Below are positions 9,951 through 20,788 of a DNA stretch of 64,000 nt, in pieces (position 1 is the stretch's first letter; each line of letters begins with the position of its first letter). The translations under genes were made by a program, and so were the position numbers. The stretch lies in assembly GCA_044238145.1 (NCBI GenBank), contig JBIIDT010000003.1, positions 14,155 to 78,154 of the forward strand, written 5' to 3'. Origin of the DNA: Pirellulales bacterium (GTDB lineage: Bacteria; Planctomycetota; Planctomycetia; Pirellulales; UBA1268). The notes under the pieces are model-generated. The model made no database searches. It saw only the letters and a list, made by a program, of their open reading frames with translations, and had not been told where the DNA came from.

Positions 9951-10904
9951 ATGAAAATCCTGCTCGCCAGCCCCCGCGGATTCTGCGCGGGCGTCAACAT
10001 GGCCATCGAGACGCTGGAGACGGCCATCCGGCTGTACGGCACGCCGGTCTACGTGTTCCACGAGATCGTCCACAACAAGCACGTCGTCGACCGCTTCGTC
10101 CGAGAGGGAGCCGTGTTCGTCGACGCCGTGGAGGAGGTGCCCGAGGGGGCCGTGCTCCTGTTCTCGGCCCATGGCGTGGCCCCGGAGGTGCGGCGGGTCG
10201 CGGAGGCCCGGCGGCTGCGGGCGATCGACGCCACGTGCCCGCTGGTCACGAAGGTGCACCTCGAGGCGATCAAGTACGCCAAGCAGGGCTACCGGATCAT
10301 GCTCATCGGTCACGAGGGGCACGACGAGGTGATCGGCACCATGGGGCAGGCGCCGGCCGCGTTCACGCTGGTCGAGACGCCCGACGCGGTCGACGGGCTC
10401 CCCTTCGGGCCCGACGACAAGCTCGCCTACCTCACGCAGACCACGCTCTCGGTGGACGATGCGTCGCGGATCATCAAGCGGCTCAAGGAGCGGTTCCCGC
10501 ACATCGTCGGCCCGCCCAAGGACGACATCTGCTACGCGACGCAGAACCGCCAGGAGGCCGTGCGGCTGCTCTCCGAGGGGGCCGACATGGTGATCGTGCT
10601 CGGCAGCCAGAACAGCTCCAACAGCCAGCGACTCGCGGAACTCGCCCGCGAGCAGGGCATCCCCGCCCACCTCATCGACGGCGCCAACGAGATCGAACCG
10701 GCCTGGTTCCAAGGCCACGAGACCGTGCTGATCACGGCCGGGGCGAGCGCGCCGGAGCGGGTCGTGCAGGACTGCATCACGTGGCTCCGGGAGCGGTACG
10801 GTGCCACCGTCGAGGAGCGGACGATCCGGGAGGAGGAGGTCTACTTCCCGCTCCCGAAGGAACTGCGGGCCGCGGCCGGGGCCGTTCAGCTACCGATGGC
10901 ATGA
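9951..10904 (+). CDS. ispH: 4-hydroxy-3-methylbut-2-enyl diphosphate reductase
   Basis: MKILLASPRGFCAGV, ATCPLVTKVH, HEGHDEV and SSNSQRL are classic IspH/LytB motifs including the cluster cysteines. Confidence 0.95.
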   Translation: MKILLASPRGFCAGVNMAIETLETAIRLYGTPVYVFHEIVHNKHVVDRFVREGAVFVDAVEEVPEGAVLLFSAHGVAPEVRRVAEARRLRAIDATCPLVTKVHLEAIKYAKQGYRIMLIGHEGHDEVIGTMGQAPAAFTLVETPDAVDGLPFGPDDKLAYLTQTTLSVDDASRIIKRLKERFPHIVGPPKDDICYATQNRQEAVRLLSEGADMVIVLGSQNSSNSQRLAELAREQGIPAHLIDGANEIEPAWFQGHETVLITAGASAPERVVQDCITWLRERYGATVEERTIREEEVYFPLPKELRAAAGAVQLPMA

Positions 10905-10951
10905 GGGGCGGGTGAGCCTCACCGGCTCTCGTCTCACCACTCCATCGACCA

Positions 10952-11119
10952 GGGGTGGGATTGCCCATGCCCTGAGAGCCGGCGTAGGCGGCCAGCGGAA
11001 CCATGGATGGCGGAGCGCAGACGCCTCCGAGAGAGCGGAGCCCAGGCACCGAGCCGCCGCAGGCGGATTGGTCGGGGCGCAGCGAACGTCCGGCGACGGG
11101 GCCTGGGCAACCTCACCCC
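10952..11119 (+). repeat. Intergenic TIR repeat element, copy A (168 bp, longest and most diverged copy)
   Basis: The ends are GGGGTGGGATTGCCCATG and CCTGGGCAACCTCACCCC, complementary at 15 of 18 positions. It shares internal blocks with copies B and C: GATGGCGGAGCGCAG, GAGCGGAG and AGCGAACGTCCGGCGAC. It lies between the convergent genes ispH and ettA. Confidence 0.7.
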
Positions 11120-11142
11120 GTGCGCACCAGCCGAGGTCCAAC

Positions 11143-12816
<1,674 letters not shown>

Positions 12817-12995
12817 CGTGGCGGTCGCTGCTCCGTGCGGTGTGGCGGGCGGGGTCGAGTCGGGAAATGGTACCGGACGGACCTGCCGTGAACGAGGCCC
12901 GAGACCACGGACTCGTTGCAGCGCGGGAGGCGATGGTCTAGGATTTCGGCGGTTGGTCGGCCGCGTCCCGCGGCCGCGCCCGAGGAGACGCCGCC

Positions 12996-13889
12996 ATGCC
13001 CGAATACGCCCAGCCCGACGTGCTGGTGTCCACCGAATGGGTCGCCGGACACCTCGCCGATCCCACGGTTCGCATCGTCGAGTCCGATGAGGATCGGGCC
13101 CTCTACACCCAGGGCCACATCCCCGGCGCCGTCGAGATCGACTGGGCCGTCGACCTGCAGTGCCCGGTGGTCCGCGACTACATCGACCGGCAGGCCTTCG
13201 AGCGGCTGTGCGCCGAGCGGGGCATCTCCAACGACACCACGGTGGTCTTCTACGGCGACAAGAGCAACTGGTGGGCCTGCTACGCGTTCTGGGTGTTCAA
13301 GCTCTACGGCCACCGGGACTGCCGGATCATGAACGGCGGCCGGAAGCGTTGGGAGCTCGACGGCCGCGCCTGGTCGAACGAGCGCGTCTCCTATCCGCGG
13401 GCGACCTACTCCGCGCAGGAGCAGGATGGCTCGATCCGCGCCCTCCGCGACGAAGTCCTCAAGCACTGCAAGGCCGGCAAGCAGCTGCTCGACGTCCGCA
13501 GCCCCGAGGAATACCGTGGCGAGCGGATGCACATGCCCGACTATCCCAACGAGGGCGCCGTCCGGGGCGGACATGTTCCCGGGGCCCTCAACGTGCCCTG
13601 GCCGATGAACTGCCACGAGGACGGCACGTTCAAGTCCGCCAAGGAGCTGGAGAAGCTGTACGTCAAGGAACTCCGCATGAAGCGCCGGTCGCCGACCATC
13701 GCCTACTGCCGGATCGGCGAGCGGTCGAGCCTCACGTGGTTCGTGCTCAGGTACCTGCTCGGCTTCGGCAACGTGAAGAATTACGACGGCTCGTGGCTGG
13801 AGTGGGGCAACGCCGTGCGGGTGCCGATCGCCAAGGGAGCCGAGCCGGGCGGCAGGGCCGCCGCGGCCGCCACCACGGCCCACGCGTAG
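12996..13889 (+). CDS. Thiosulfate/3-mercaptopyruvate sulfurtransferase (double rhodanese)
   Basis: There are two rhodanese modules. The active-site loop is [10 protein letters not shown] (the CRxGxR type), and GHIPGA is also present. Confidence 0.87.
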   Translation: MPEYAQPDVLVSTEWVAGHLADPTVRIVESDEDRALYTQGHIPGAVEIDWAVDLQCPVVRDYIDRQAFERLCAERGISNDTTVVFYGDKSNWWACYAFWVFKLYGHRDCRIMNGGRKRWELDGRAWSNERVSYPRATYSAQEQDGSIRALRDEVLKHCKAGKQLLDVRSPEEYRGERMHMPDYPNEGAVRGGHVPGALNVPWPMNCHEDGTFKSAKELEKLYVKELRMKRRSPTIAYCRIGERSSLTWFVLRYLLGFGNVKNYDGSWLEWGNAVRVPIAKGAEPGGRAAAAATTAHA

Positions 13890-13892
13890 CGC

Positions 13893-14327
13893 ATGAGCGG
13901 CGTCCGCGAGAAGGTCGACGAGATCGTCGGCGAGTTTTCCGACCTCGACGGTCGTGAAAAACTCGAACTGCTCGTCGACTACGCCAACGGCCTGCCGCCG
14001 TTGCCGCCGGCCTACGAGGCCCGCAAGGCAGCCGAGGACCGCCGCGTGCACGAGTGCCAGACACCCGTCTTCCTGTGGACCGAAGTGGAGCAGGGGATGG
14101 CGCGGGTCGTGGCCGAGGTCGCGCCGGAGGCGCCGACGGTGAAGGGCTTCGTGGCGATCCTGGCCGCGGCGGTGAACGGCCGCCCCGTCGCGGAGGCGGC
14201 TGCCATCCCCGAAGACCTGCTGGAGCGGCTCGGGCTGGCCGACGTGCTCGGCATCCTCCGCTCCCGCGGCCTGCGGTCGATCACGGCCCGCATCAAGCGC
14301 GGCCTGGCCGAGGCGGCGGCCCGTTGA
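13893..14327 (+). CDS. sufE: SufE-family sulfur acceptor protein
   Basis: The sequence RVHECQTPVFLW contains the conserved persulfide-accepting Cys context, and the 144-aa size fits SufE. It starts 3 nt after the rhodanese stop. Confidence 0.8.
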   Translation: MSGVREKVDEIVGEFSDLDGREKLELLVDYANGLPPLPPAYEARKAAEDRRVHECQTPVFLWTEVEQGMARVVAEVAPEAPTVKGFVAILAAAVNGRPVAEAAAIPEDLLERLGLADVLGILRSRGLRSITARIKRGLAEAAAR

Positions 14328-14549
14328 AGGCACCGATGAAGGCACCAGACATCCCCCGTCTCGCATGCAGGAACCGCCACCCTCCGCGGTCGTTCGGGAC
14401 CGGACACGCCAGGGCAGGCGAGGGGATCGGCGTGAGGATGCGGAGCGTGGCGGACGTTCGCCAGCGACGCAACTCATGCCGTCCCCGAGCCGGGTTGGGC
14501 TTTTCGACTCCCTCCGTCCCGCGCATCGCCACCCCGAAAAGGACCGTCC

Positions 14550-15578
14550 GTGTCACCCGCTGAAAAAGTCGTCGCCGGCATCGACCTCGGCGGCACGGCC
14601 ATCAACTACACGTTCCTCGACGAGCGTGGCCAGTTCCTGATCGACGGCCTGTGCGAGCATCCGGCCCGCAGCGTCGAGGGACCGGACGTCTGCCTGGGAC
14701 AGATCGAGGTCGGCCTGCAGGCGGCCGCCGCCCGGGCCGGACTGGAACTCGGGAAGCTCGTGGCGGTGGGCCTCGACACGCCGGGGCCGGCGAGTGCGGC
14801 TGGAGTCCTGAGCCGCCGCGGCTCGACGAACTTCGTCCACCCCGACTGGGCCGGCTTCGACATGCGGGCCGGCCTCGAGAAGCGGCTCGGCCTGCCCGTG
14901 ACCTATCTCAATGACGGCAACGCCGCCGCCCTGTGGGGCCACGTCGCGATCTTCGGCTCCGAGAACGCGGCCACGAGCGTGTCCGCGATCATCGGCACGG
15001 GCCTCGGCGGCGGCGTGATCACCGGCGGCCGCGTCGTCACCGGCCGCAACGGCTTCGGCGGCGAGCTGGGGCACGTGCTCCTGCCGTGGACGGTGATCCC
15101 GGGCATCGAGGGTCTGGTGCCGAAGTGCAACTGCGGCCGCACGGGCGACCTCGAGTCGCTCTGCTCGCTGACGGCGATCCGCCAGTCGCTCCTGCCGCAC
15201 TTCCTCGTCCGGCATCCGGGGCACCCGCTGGCCGCGGAGGCCGACGTGGGCCGGGCGGCCAAGCTGGTCCGCGGCCTCGCGGAGCGGGGCGACGAGATGT
15301 GCCGGGCGATCTTCCGCGTCCAGGCCCGGGCCCTGGGCCTGTTCTTCGACGAGATGATCAACGTCTTCGATCCCGACGCGCTGATCGTGGGGGGCGGCGC
15401 CGTCGAGACCGACGAGGCCTTCCGCCGCTGGTTCCTCACCGAGATCCGCGCCGGCATGCCGACGCAGCGCGAGGAGCAGGCCGACCTGCCGATCCACGTC
15501 ATGCCCGCCGGCGACACGGCCGGCGCCCGCGGCGCCGCCCTCGACGCCGCGAGGATGGTTCGCGAACGGGGACTGTAG
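14550..15578 (+). CDS. ROK-family sugar kinase
   Basis: VAGIDLGGTAIN is the ATPase phosphate-1 motif. NDGNAAALW and GGELGH are present, and the Cys-rich segment is PKCNCGRTGDLES. The start codon is GTG. Confidence 0.8.
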   Translation: MSPAEKVVAGIDLGGTAINYTFLDERGQFLIDGLCEHPARSVEGPDVCLGQIEVGLQAAAARAGLELGKLVAVGLDTPGPASAAGVLSRRGSTNFVHPDWAGFDMRAGLEKRLGLPVTYLNDGNAAALWGHVAIFGSENAATSVSAIIGTGLGGGVITGGRVVTGRNGFGGELGHVLLPWTVIPGIEGLVPKCNCGRTGDLESLCSLTAIRQSLLPHFLVRHPGHPLAAEADVGRAAKLVRGLAERGDEMCRAIFRVQARALGLFFDEMINVFDPDALIVGGGAVETDEAFRRWFLTEIRAGMPTQREEQADLPIHVMPAGDTAGARGAALDAARMVRERGL

Positions 15579-15599
15579 CGGCGGCCTCGAACCGCCGGG

Positions 15600-16712
15600 T
15601 CAGGCGACCTGGTCGAGCACCGGCAACGCCGGCAGGCCGTTGGGCTGGAGCCGCGGGGCGGGGGAGGGCAGGGGCCGCAGATCGGCGGGTTTCGCCCGCG
15701 GGGGCCCGAAGATCATCAGCCGCGCGGTGGCGAGCAGGCCACTCAGCGACCCGAACGTGGCCTCCACGGCCGCCGGCTCGTAGCCGCAGTGCACCATGCA
15801 GTCGCGGCACTTGGGATTCCCGCTGGCCCGCCCGTAACGGTCCCAGTCGGTCTCCTCCATCAGTTCGCGAAACGTCCGCGAATAGCCCTCGTCGAGCAGG
15901 TAGCAGGGCCGCTGCCAGCCGAAGAGGTTGTAGGTGGGCGTGCCCCAGGGACGGCATTCGAGTTCCCACGCTCCCTTGAGGAACTCGAGAAACACCGGTG
16001 ACTGATTGAACTTCCAGCGCCGCGGCGCCCCGTCGAGCATGCGGCGAAAGAGCGACTGGCTCCGCTGCCGGGGCAGGAAGTGGTCCTGGTCGGGCGCCTT
16101 GGAGTAGGAGTAGCCCGGCGAGATCATCATCCCCTCGACGCCGAGGGCCATCACGTCGTCGAAGAACTTCCGGTAGCGGCCGGGATCGGCGTCGGTGAAG
16201 AGCGTGGAGTTGGTCGTCACCCGGAAGCCGGCCCGGCGGGCGGCCTTGATCGCCGCCACCGCGGCGTCGTACACGCCCTCCCGGCAGACGGCGTGGTCGT
16301 GCTCCTCGCGCGGCCCGTCGAGATGCACGGAGAAGGCCAGGTAGGGGGAAGGCTCGAAGTGCGGCAGCATCTCCTCGAGCTTGAGCGCGTTGGTGCACAG
16401 GTAGAGGTATTTCCTACGGGCCACGATGCCGGCCACGATCTGCTCGATCTGCGGGTGCAGGAGCGGCTCGCCGCCGGGGATCGAGACGATCGGCGCCCCG
16501 CACTCGTCCACCGCAGCGAAGCACTGCTCCGGTGTGAGGTGCGAGCGGAGGATCTCGACGGGGTGCTGGATCTTGCCGCAGCCACCGCAGGCGAGGTTGC
16601 AGCGGAAGAGCGGCTCGAGCATGAGCACGAGCGGATAGCGGTCGTTGCCCCGCAGCCGCTGGACGGCCACGTGCCGCAGCACCGCCAGCATCTGCCCGAT
16701 CGGCACGCTCAT
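15600..16712 (-). CDS. hpnH: Adenosylhopane synthase (radical SAM) HpnH
   Basis: MLEPLFRCNLACGGCGK carries the radical SAM CxxxCxxC motif. The conserved tail is GNPKCRDCMVHCGYE. Its ATG at 16712 overlaps the shc stop by 4 nt. Confidence 0.9.
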   Translation of the reverse strand: MSVPIGQMLAVLRHVAVQRLRGNDRYPLVLMLEPLFRCNLACGGCGKIQHPVEILRSHLTPEQCFAAVDECGAPIVSIPGGEPLLHPQIEQIVAGIVARRKYLYLCTNALKLEEMLPHFEPSPYLAFSVHLDGPREEHDHAVCREGVYDAAVAAIKAARRAGFRVTTNSTLFTDADPGRYRKFFDDVMALGVEGMMISPGYSYSKAPDQDHFLPRQRSQSLFRRMLDGAPRRWKFNQSPVFLEFLKGAWELECRPWGTPTYNLFGWQRPCYLLDEGYSRTFRELMEETDWDRYGRASGNPKCRDCMVHCGYEPAAVEATFGSLSGLLATARLMIFGPPRAKPADLRPLPSPAPRLQPNGLPALPVLDQVA

Positions 16713-18766
16713 GCGACCCGCTCCACCCGCCGGGCGGCGGCGTGCCGCGTCATGCGGATCAGCGCGATGAGCGGGAAGTAAATCGGGTACCAGTGGTACC
16801 GCAGGTAGAACACCCGCGGAAAGCCGGTGCCCGTGAACTCGTCCTGCAGCCACGTGCCGTCGGCCTCCTGCCGCTCGACCAGCCAACGCACGCCGGCCTG
16901 CACCGCCCGCGACTCCCCGCGGCCCGCCGAGACCAGCCCGGCCACGGCCCATGCGGTTTGCGAGGCGGTCACCGGCCCGACGCCCGCGAGCGCCCGATCG
17001 GTGTAACTCTCGGGCGACTCGCCCCAGCCGCCATCGGGCTGCTGATGGGCCTCCAGCCAGTCGGCGGCGTGGGCGACGAGCGGGTCGGCCGGGCACACGC
17101 CGACCGCTTGCAGGCCCTGGAGCGCCTGCCAGGTGCCGTAGATGTAGTTCACTCCCCAGCGGCCATACCACGAACCGTCGGCCTCCTGGGTCTTCTCCAG
17201 GTAGGCGATCGCCCGCTCGACCGCCGGGTGACCGCGGCGCAGTCCCGTCTTGCCGAAGGCCTCGAGCACCCGACCCGCGAGGTCGGGCGAACTCGGGTCG
17301 ATCATCGCGTTGTGGTCGGCGAACGGCACCTTGCAGAGCAGTTCGCAGTCGTTGTCGAGATCGAACGCCCCCCAACCACCGTCTGTGTTCTGCATCGCCG
17401 CGAGCCAGCCGACGGCCCGGGCGACCGCGGCTGCCACCCGGCGCCGCCGCTCTTCCCCGGCGGGGACCGCCGCCGGACTGTCCAACCATGTCGCCAGCGC
17501 GATGACCACCATCGCGGTGTCGTCGACGTCGGGGTAGAAGCGGTTGGCGTATTGGAAACACCAGCCCGAGGGCTCGGCCCGCGTCCGCCGCGCCCAGTCG
17601 CCGGTGGCACGGATCTCGTTGTCGAGCAGCCAGTCCACGGCCTTCGCGAGCTCCCCGTCATCGATCGTAAGATCGCCGGCCGCGGCCGCCTCGGTGAGGC
17701 CGATGAGCGTGATCGCCGTGTCCCAGACGGGCGAGCGGCACGGTTCGATCCGGGTCGTGCCGTCCGGCTCCTGCTCGACGAGGCCGTCGAGCTGCCGCCA
17801 GCACTCCCGCACCTCCGGCGCATCCTCGTCACAGCCCATCGCCCGCAGGGCCACGATGCTCCATACGATCGGCGGAAAGATGGCCCCCAGGCCATCGCTG
17901 CCGGAAAACCGCTCGAGCATCCAGCGGCGACACGCCTGGATCGCCCGGGCCCGGAGCGGCATGAAGCCCACCGCCTCGCAGGCCTTCATGAACAGGTCGG
18001 TGCCTCGAAAGAATCGCGCCCAGAAGCTGCGGTCGACCGGGGGCGGCGGGCCGCGCCGATCCCGCGCCGTGAATAGTTCGGCGATGCCGCGACCCGCCGG
18101 AATCGGCCGCAGCGGCTTGAACGCCCACATCAGCGACAGCGGCACGATCATCGTCCGCGACCAGGCCGACACCCGGTGCAGGTTGATCGGAAACCAGTCC
18201 GGCAGGAGCACCATCTCGGGCGGCACCGCCGGACAGGCGGCGTAGGGCATCTGGCCGAGCAGGGCCAGATAGAACTTCGTGAAACTGTTGACGGCCCACG
18301 GTCCACCGGCGGCTGCGATCGCCTGCCGCGCCCGCACGAGCGCGGGTGACCGCGGGTCGTGGCCGGTGAGTTTGAGCGCCAGGTACGCTTTCACGCTCGC
18401 GCTGACGTCGACGGGGCCGCCGGGATGGATCGCCCAGCCCCCCTCGGGCAGTTGCAGCGCCAGGATCCGCCGGGCCGCCCCGGCCACGTCCGGTCGCTCG
18501 AGCCGACCGGACCACGCGAGGATCAGGATGAACTCGCTCTCGAGGATGGTGTCTCCTTCGAGCGGGCCGCGCCAGTGGCCGTCGGCGGACTGCTGCGATC
18601 GCAGCCAGGCCGCCACGCGGGCGGCGGCGGTCCGCACGTCGCGGCCGTCGGGCTCGAAACCGGTCCCGCGGGCCGGGGCATGCCGGCCCGTGCGGAACGG
18701 GCGGCCGACCGTGACGGACGGCTCATCCGTCGCGGTGCCGGCGAGGCTCTCGTGGACCGAACTCAT
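16709..18766 (-). CDS. shc: Squalene-hopene cyclase
   Basis: The catalytic motif DVDDTAMVV is present. There are multiple QW repeats (DGGWGAF, DGSWYGRWG, DGGWGES). The start was set at MSSVHES (18766). Confidence 0.95.
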   Translation of the reverse strand: MSSVHESLAGTATDEPSVTVGRPFRTGRHAPARGTGFEPDGRDVRTAAARVAAWLRSQQSADGHWRGPLEGDTILESEFILILAWSGRLERPDVAGAARRILALQLPEGGWAIHPGGPVDVSASVKAYLALKLTGHDPRSPALVRARQAIAAAGGPWAVNSFTKFYLALLGQMPYAACPAVPPEMVLLPDWFPINLHRVSAWSRTMIVPLSLMWAFKPLRPIPAGRGIAELFTARDRRGPPPPVDRSFWARFFRGTDLFMKACEAVGFMPLRARAIQACRRWMLERFSGSDGLGAIFPPIVWSIVALRAMGCDEDAPEVRECWRQLDGLVEQEPDGTTRIEPCRSPVWDTAITLIGLTEAAAAGDLTIDDGELAKAVDWLLDNEIRATGDWARRTRAEPSGWCFQYANRFYPDVDDTAMVVIALATWLDSPAAVPAGEERRRRVAAAVARAVGWLAAMQNTDGGWGAFDLDNDCELLCKVPFADHNAMIDPSSPDLAGRVLEAFGKTGLRRGHPAVERAIAYLEKTQEADGSWYGRWGVNYIYGTWQALQGLQAVGVCPADPLVAHAADWLEAHQQPDGGWGESPESYTDRALAGVGPVTASQTAWAVAGLVSAGRGESRAVQAGVRWLVERQEADGTWLQDEFTGTGFPRVFYLRYHWYPIYFPLIALIRMTRHAAARRVERVA

Positions 18767-18926
18767 GCAACCATCCCTGCTGCCACTGACGCGAGCGATC
18801 CATCGCCCGCCATACGGTGAGGTTCGGGGAAGATTAAAGAGCGGCGGAAACACCGACAAGTCCGGAAGGAAGGGCGAGCCTGCCCCGGGCGACCTGGCGC
18901 GACACACGGGGAAAGATGGGCGAGGT

Positions 18927-19661
18927 TTACGGCCTGCCGGCCCCGCCTCCCGGGCCAGCCAGCGGCATCTCGATGGTCACCCGCGTGCCACCCCCGGGTC
19001 GTGAATCAACTCGGACGGCGCCGCCGTTGAGCTCCACCAGCCGCCAGGCCTTCGGCAGACCGAGGCCGATGCCGCGGCCCGCCTCGCGGCCGCTGAAGAA
19101 CGGGTCGAAGGCCCGACGCAGCGTGGCGGCGTCCATGCCCCGGCCGTCGTCGGCCACCTCGATCTCGGCCGCCGTCACACCGGCGCGGGCCGCCACCCCC
19201 ACCTGGCCGCCGTCCTCCACCGCCTCGACGGCGTTCATGACCACGGCCCGCAACGCCTCGACGACCTGCCCGACATCCACCATGACCTCGACCGGCCGCG
19301 GGGGCGGGGCGAACTCCAGCCGCAGGCCGCGGGCCACGGCAGTGGGCCGCAGCGGCTCGAGCACGGCCCGCACGATCTCGCCGATCGCCGCCACCACCGG
19401 CTGCGGCCGCGGCGGCCGCGCGAAGACCATCAGCCCGCCGATCATGTCGCGGGCCCGGAAGGCCTGGTCCACGATCGTCGCCAACCGGCGGCGGCGCTCC
19501 GGATCGCGCTCGTCGACGAGCAGCGCCTGCGCCCGCGCGGCGATGTTGGCCAGCGGGTTGTTGATCTCGTGCCCGGCCCCATAGGCGAACTCGCGGAGCG
19601 CCTCGAGCCGGGCCTCGGCGAGGGCCGCCTCGAACCGCTGGTCGCTCGCGGCCTCGTTCAT
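18927..19661 (-). CDS. Soluble histidine kinase with HisKA and HATPase domains only; no TM helix or sensor domain visible
   Basis: The H-box is GHEINNPLANI. The ATPase boxes are MNAVEA, DDGRGM and GIGLGL. An AGGAG sequence lies 7 nt before the ATG. Confidence 0.8.
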   Translation of the reverse strand: MNEAASDQRFEAALAEARLEALREFAYGAGHEINNPLANIAARAQALLVDERDPERRRRLATIVDQAFRARDMIGGLMVFARPPRPQPVVAAIGEIVRAVLEPLRPTAVARGLRLEFAPPPRPVEVMVDVGQVVEALRAVVMNAVEAVEDGGQVGVAARAGVTAAEIEVADDGRGMDAATLRRAFDPFFSGREAGRGIGLGLPKAWRLVELNGGAVRVDSRPGGGTRVTIEMPLAGPGGGAGRP

Positions 19662-19686
19662 CCGGTCGCTCCTCGCGGCGGCCCCG

Positions 19687-19730
19687 AAAAAAAGCGGCCG
19701 CCCGCACCCGGCGGGGGGGCGGGCGGCCGC
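19687..19730 (-). terminator. Intrinsic terminator between the response-regulator and kinase genes
   Basis: On the minus strand it reads GCGGCCGCCCGC, a 13-nt loop, GCGGGCGGCCGC, then TTTTTTT. That is a perfect 12-bp stem plus a U-tract. It lies 32 nt after the regulator stop and 26 nt before the kinase ATG. Confidence 0.7.
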
Positions 19731-19761
19731 GACGTTGCGCTCCAGGCGGCGGGCCGACGGC

Positions 19762-20349
19762 TCACGAACCGGCGACGCCCGACTCGATGTCGAGCAGGCT
19801 GCAGATCCGGTCGACGAGCATCTCGGCCTCGAACGGCTTCTGCAGGAACTCGTTGGCCCCGGACGCCTTGAGGTCCTCGATCTTGTCCGGCTCGCACATG
19901 CCGGAGATGCAGATGATCCGCACCTCGTCCATGGTCGAGTCGCTGCGGACCCGCTGGCAGACCTCCTTGCCGTTGATGTCCGGCAGCATGACGTCGAGCA
20001 CGATCAGGTCGGGACGATAGTCCTTGACCATCATGCCGGCGTCGAAGCCGTTGTTCACGCTGCGGGTCTCGAACCGGCCGTCCTTCTCGAGGACGTCCGT
20101 GATCAGCTCGACGAGATCCTGGTCGTCGTCGACGACGAGGATCTTTCGCCGCCCACTCTCCAGGGCATCGGTCGGGATCCCGTTGTCGCGCATGAACAGG
20201 AACAACTGGTCACGCGGGATCCGGCGAAACCGGCTGCCCGGCACCCGGAATCCCTTCAACTGGCCCGAGTCGAAGCAGCGAATGATCGTCTGCTGACTCA
20301 CCTTGCAAATCTTGGCGGCTTCGCCGGTCGTGTACACGGTCTTCTGCAT
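19762..20349 (-). CDS. Response regulator with an N-terminal excisionase/MerR-type HTH followed by a receiver domain
   Basis: YTTGEAAKICKVSQQTIIRCFDSGQLKGFRVPGSRFRRIP is the HTH. KILVVDDDQDL...DLIVLDVMLPDING is the receiver. The start was set at the ATG at 20349, which is preceded by GGGAGAGGGTGG. Confidence 0.8.
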   Translation of the reverse strand: MQKTVYTTGEAAKICKVSQQTIIRCFDSGQLKGFRVPGSRFRRIPRDQLFLFMRDNGIPTDALESGRRKILVVDDDQDLVELITDVLEKDGRFETRSVNNGFDAGMMVKDYRPDLIVLDVMLPDINGKEVCQRVRSDSTMDEVRIICISGMCEPDKIEDLKASGANEFLQKPFEAEMLVDRICSLLDIESGVAGS

Positions 20350-20639
20350 CTGCTTTACCACCCTCTCCCTAGCCGTGGTGCAGCTAGTCAAAACGGCGGC
20401 CCGGGGGCTCCTCGCGAGCGACTCGACCCCGAACGCCTAGGCCTCCTTGCAGCGGTCTCATGACGCCGTCGCCACAACGGTCGCCATTCGCGTCGCACTC
20501 CGTGCCGACGCAGTTCTCCGAACGTTCCCGGTCCGTCCGGGAACACCGGTCCGGCAACGACGCAGGCCGGGGAAAGAGGGGGAAAGGACTCCGCTTCCTT
20601 CAACCGCTTCCCTGCATGCCATCCTTGCCAGACAACCCA

Positions 20640-20669
20640 ACTCTACAGGCGGCTTTCGCGGCGAGTCAA
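20640..20669 (-). promoter_or_regulatory. Sigma-70-like promoter candidate (TTGACT-18 nt-TAGAGT) about 290 nt upstream of the HTH-receiver gene
   Basis: The minus strand reads TTGACTCGCCGCGAAAGCCGCCTGTAGAGT. It sits just downstream of the terminator at 20733-20758 in a stretch that looks less GC-rich. Planctomycete promoter consensus is poorly known. Confidence 0.35.
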
Positions 20670-20732
20670 TATCGTTCCAGACGCCGCAAACCCCTTGTTC
20701 GCAGGCCTTTGGGCGAAGCCTCCAAAAGCCTG

Positions 20733-20758
20733 AAAAAATCGCCGCCCGCGATGGCGGC
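20733..20758 (-). terminator. Intrinsic terminator after the UbiC-like gene
   Basis: The minus strand reads GCCGCC-ATCGCG-GGCGGC followed by GATTTTTT. It lies 31 nt downstream of the stop at 20789. Confidence 0.7.
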
Positions 20759-20788
20759 CCAGCCCGCCGGCGTTGCCGTGCCGACGCG

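Noticed and set aside
14345-14495. A possible fourth copy of the TIR repeat between sufE and the ROK kinase gene.
   Set aside because: It shares GAGGATGCGGAGCG and the GGACGTTCGCC core, but it lacks recognisable terminal inverted repeats. It is too degenerate to call as a feature and is mentioned only under the repeat finding.
20388-20603. A 71-aa ORF (MKEAESFPPL...) and other short ORFs in the 20350-20788 intergenic region.
   Set aside because: Third-position GC is low, the composition is Arg/Pro-rich and no motifs are present. The region is better explained as a leader or non-coding RNA.
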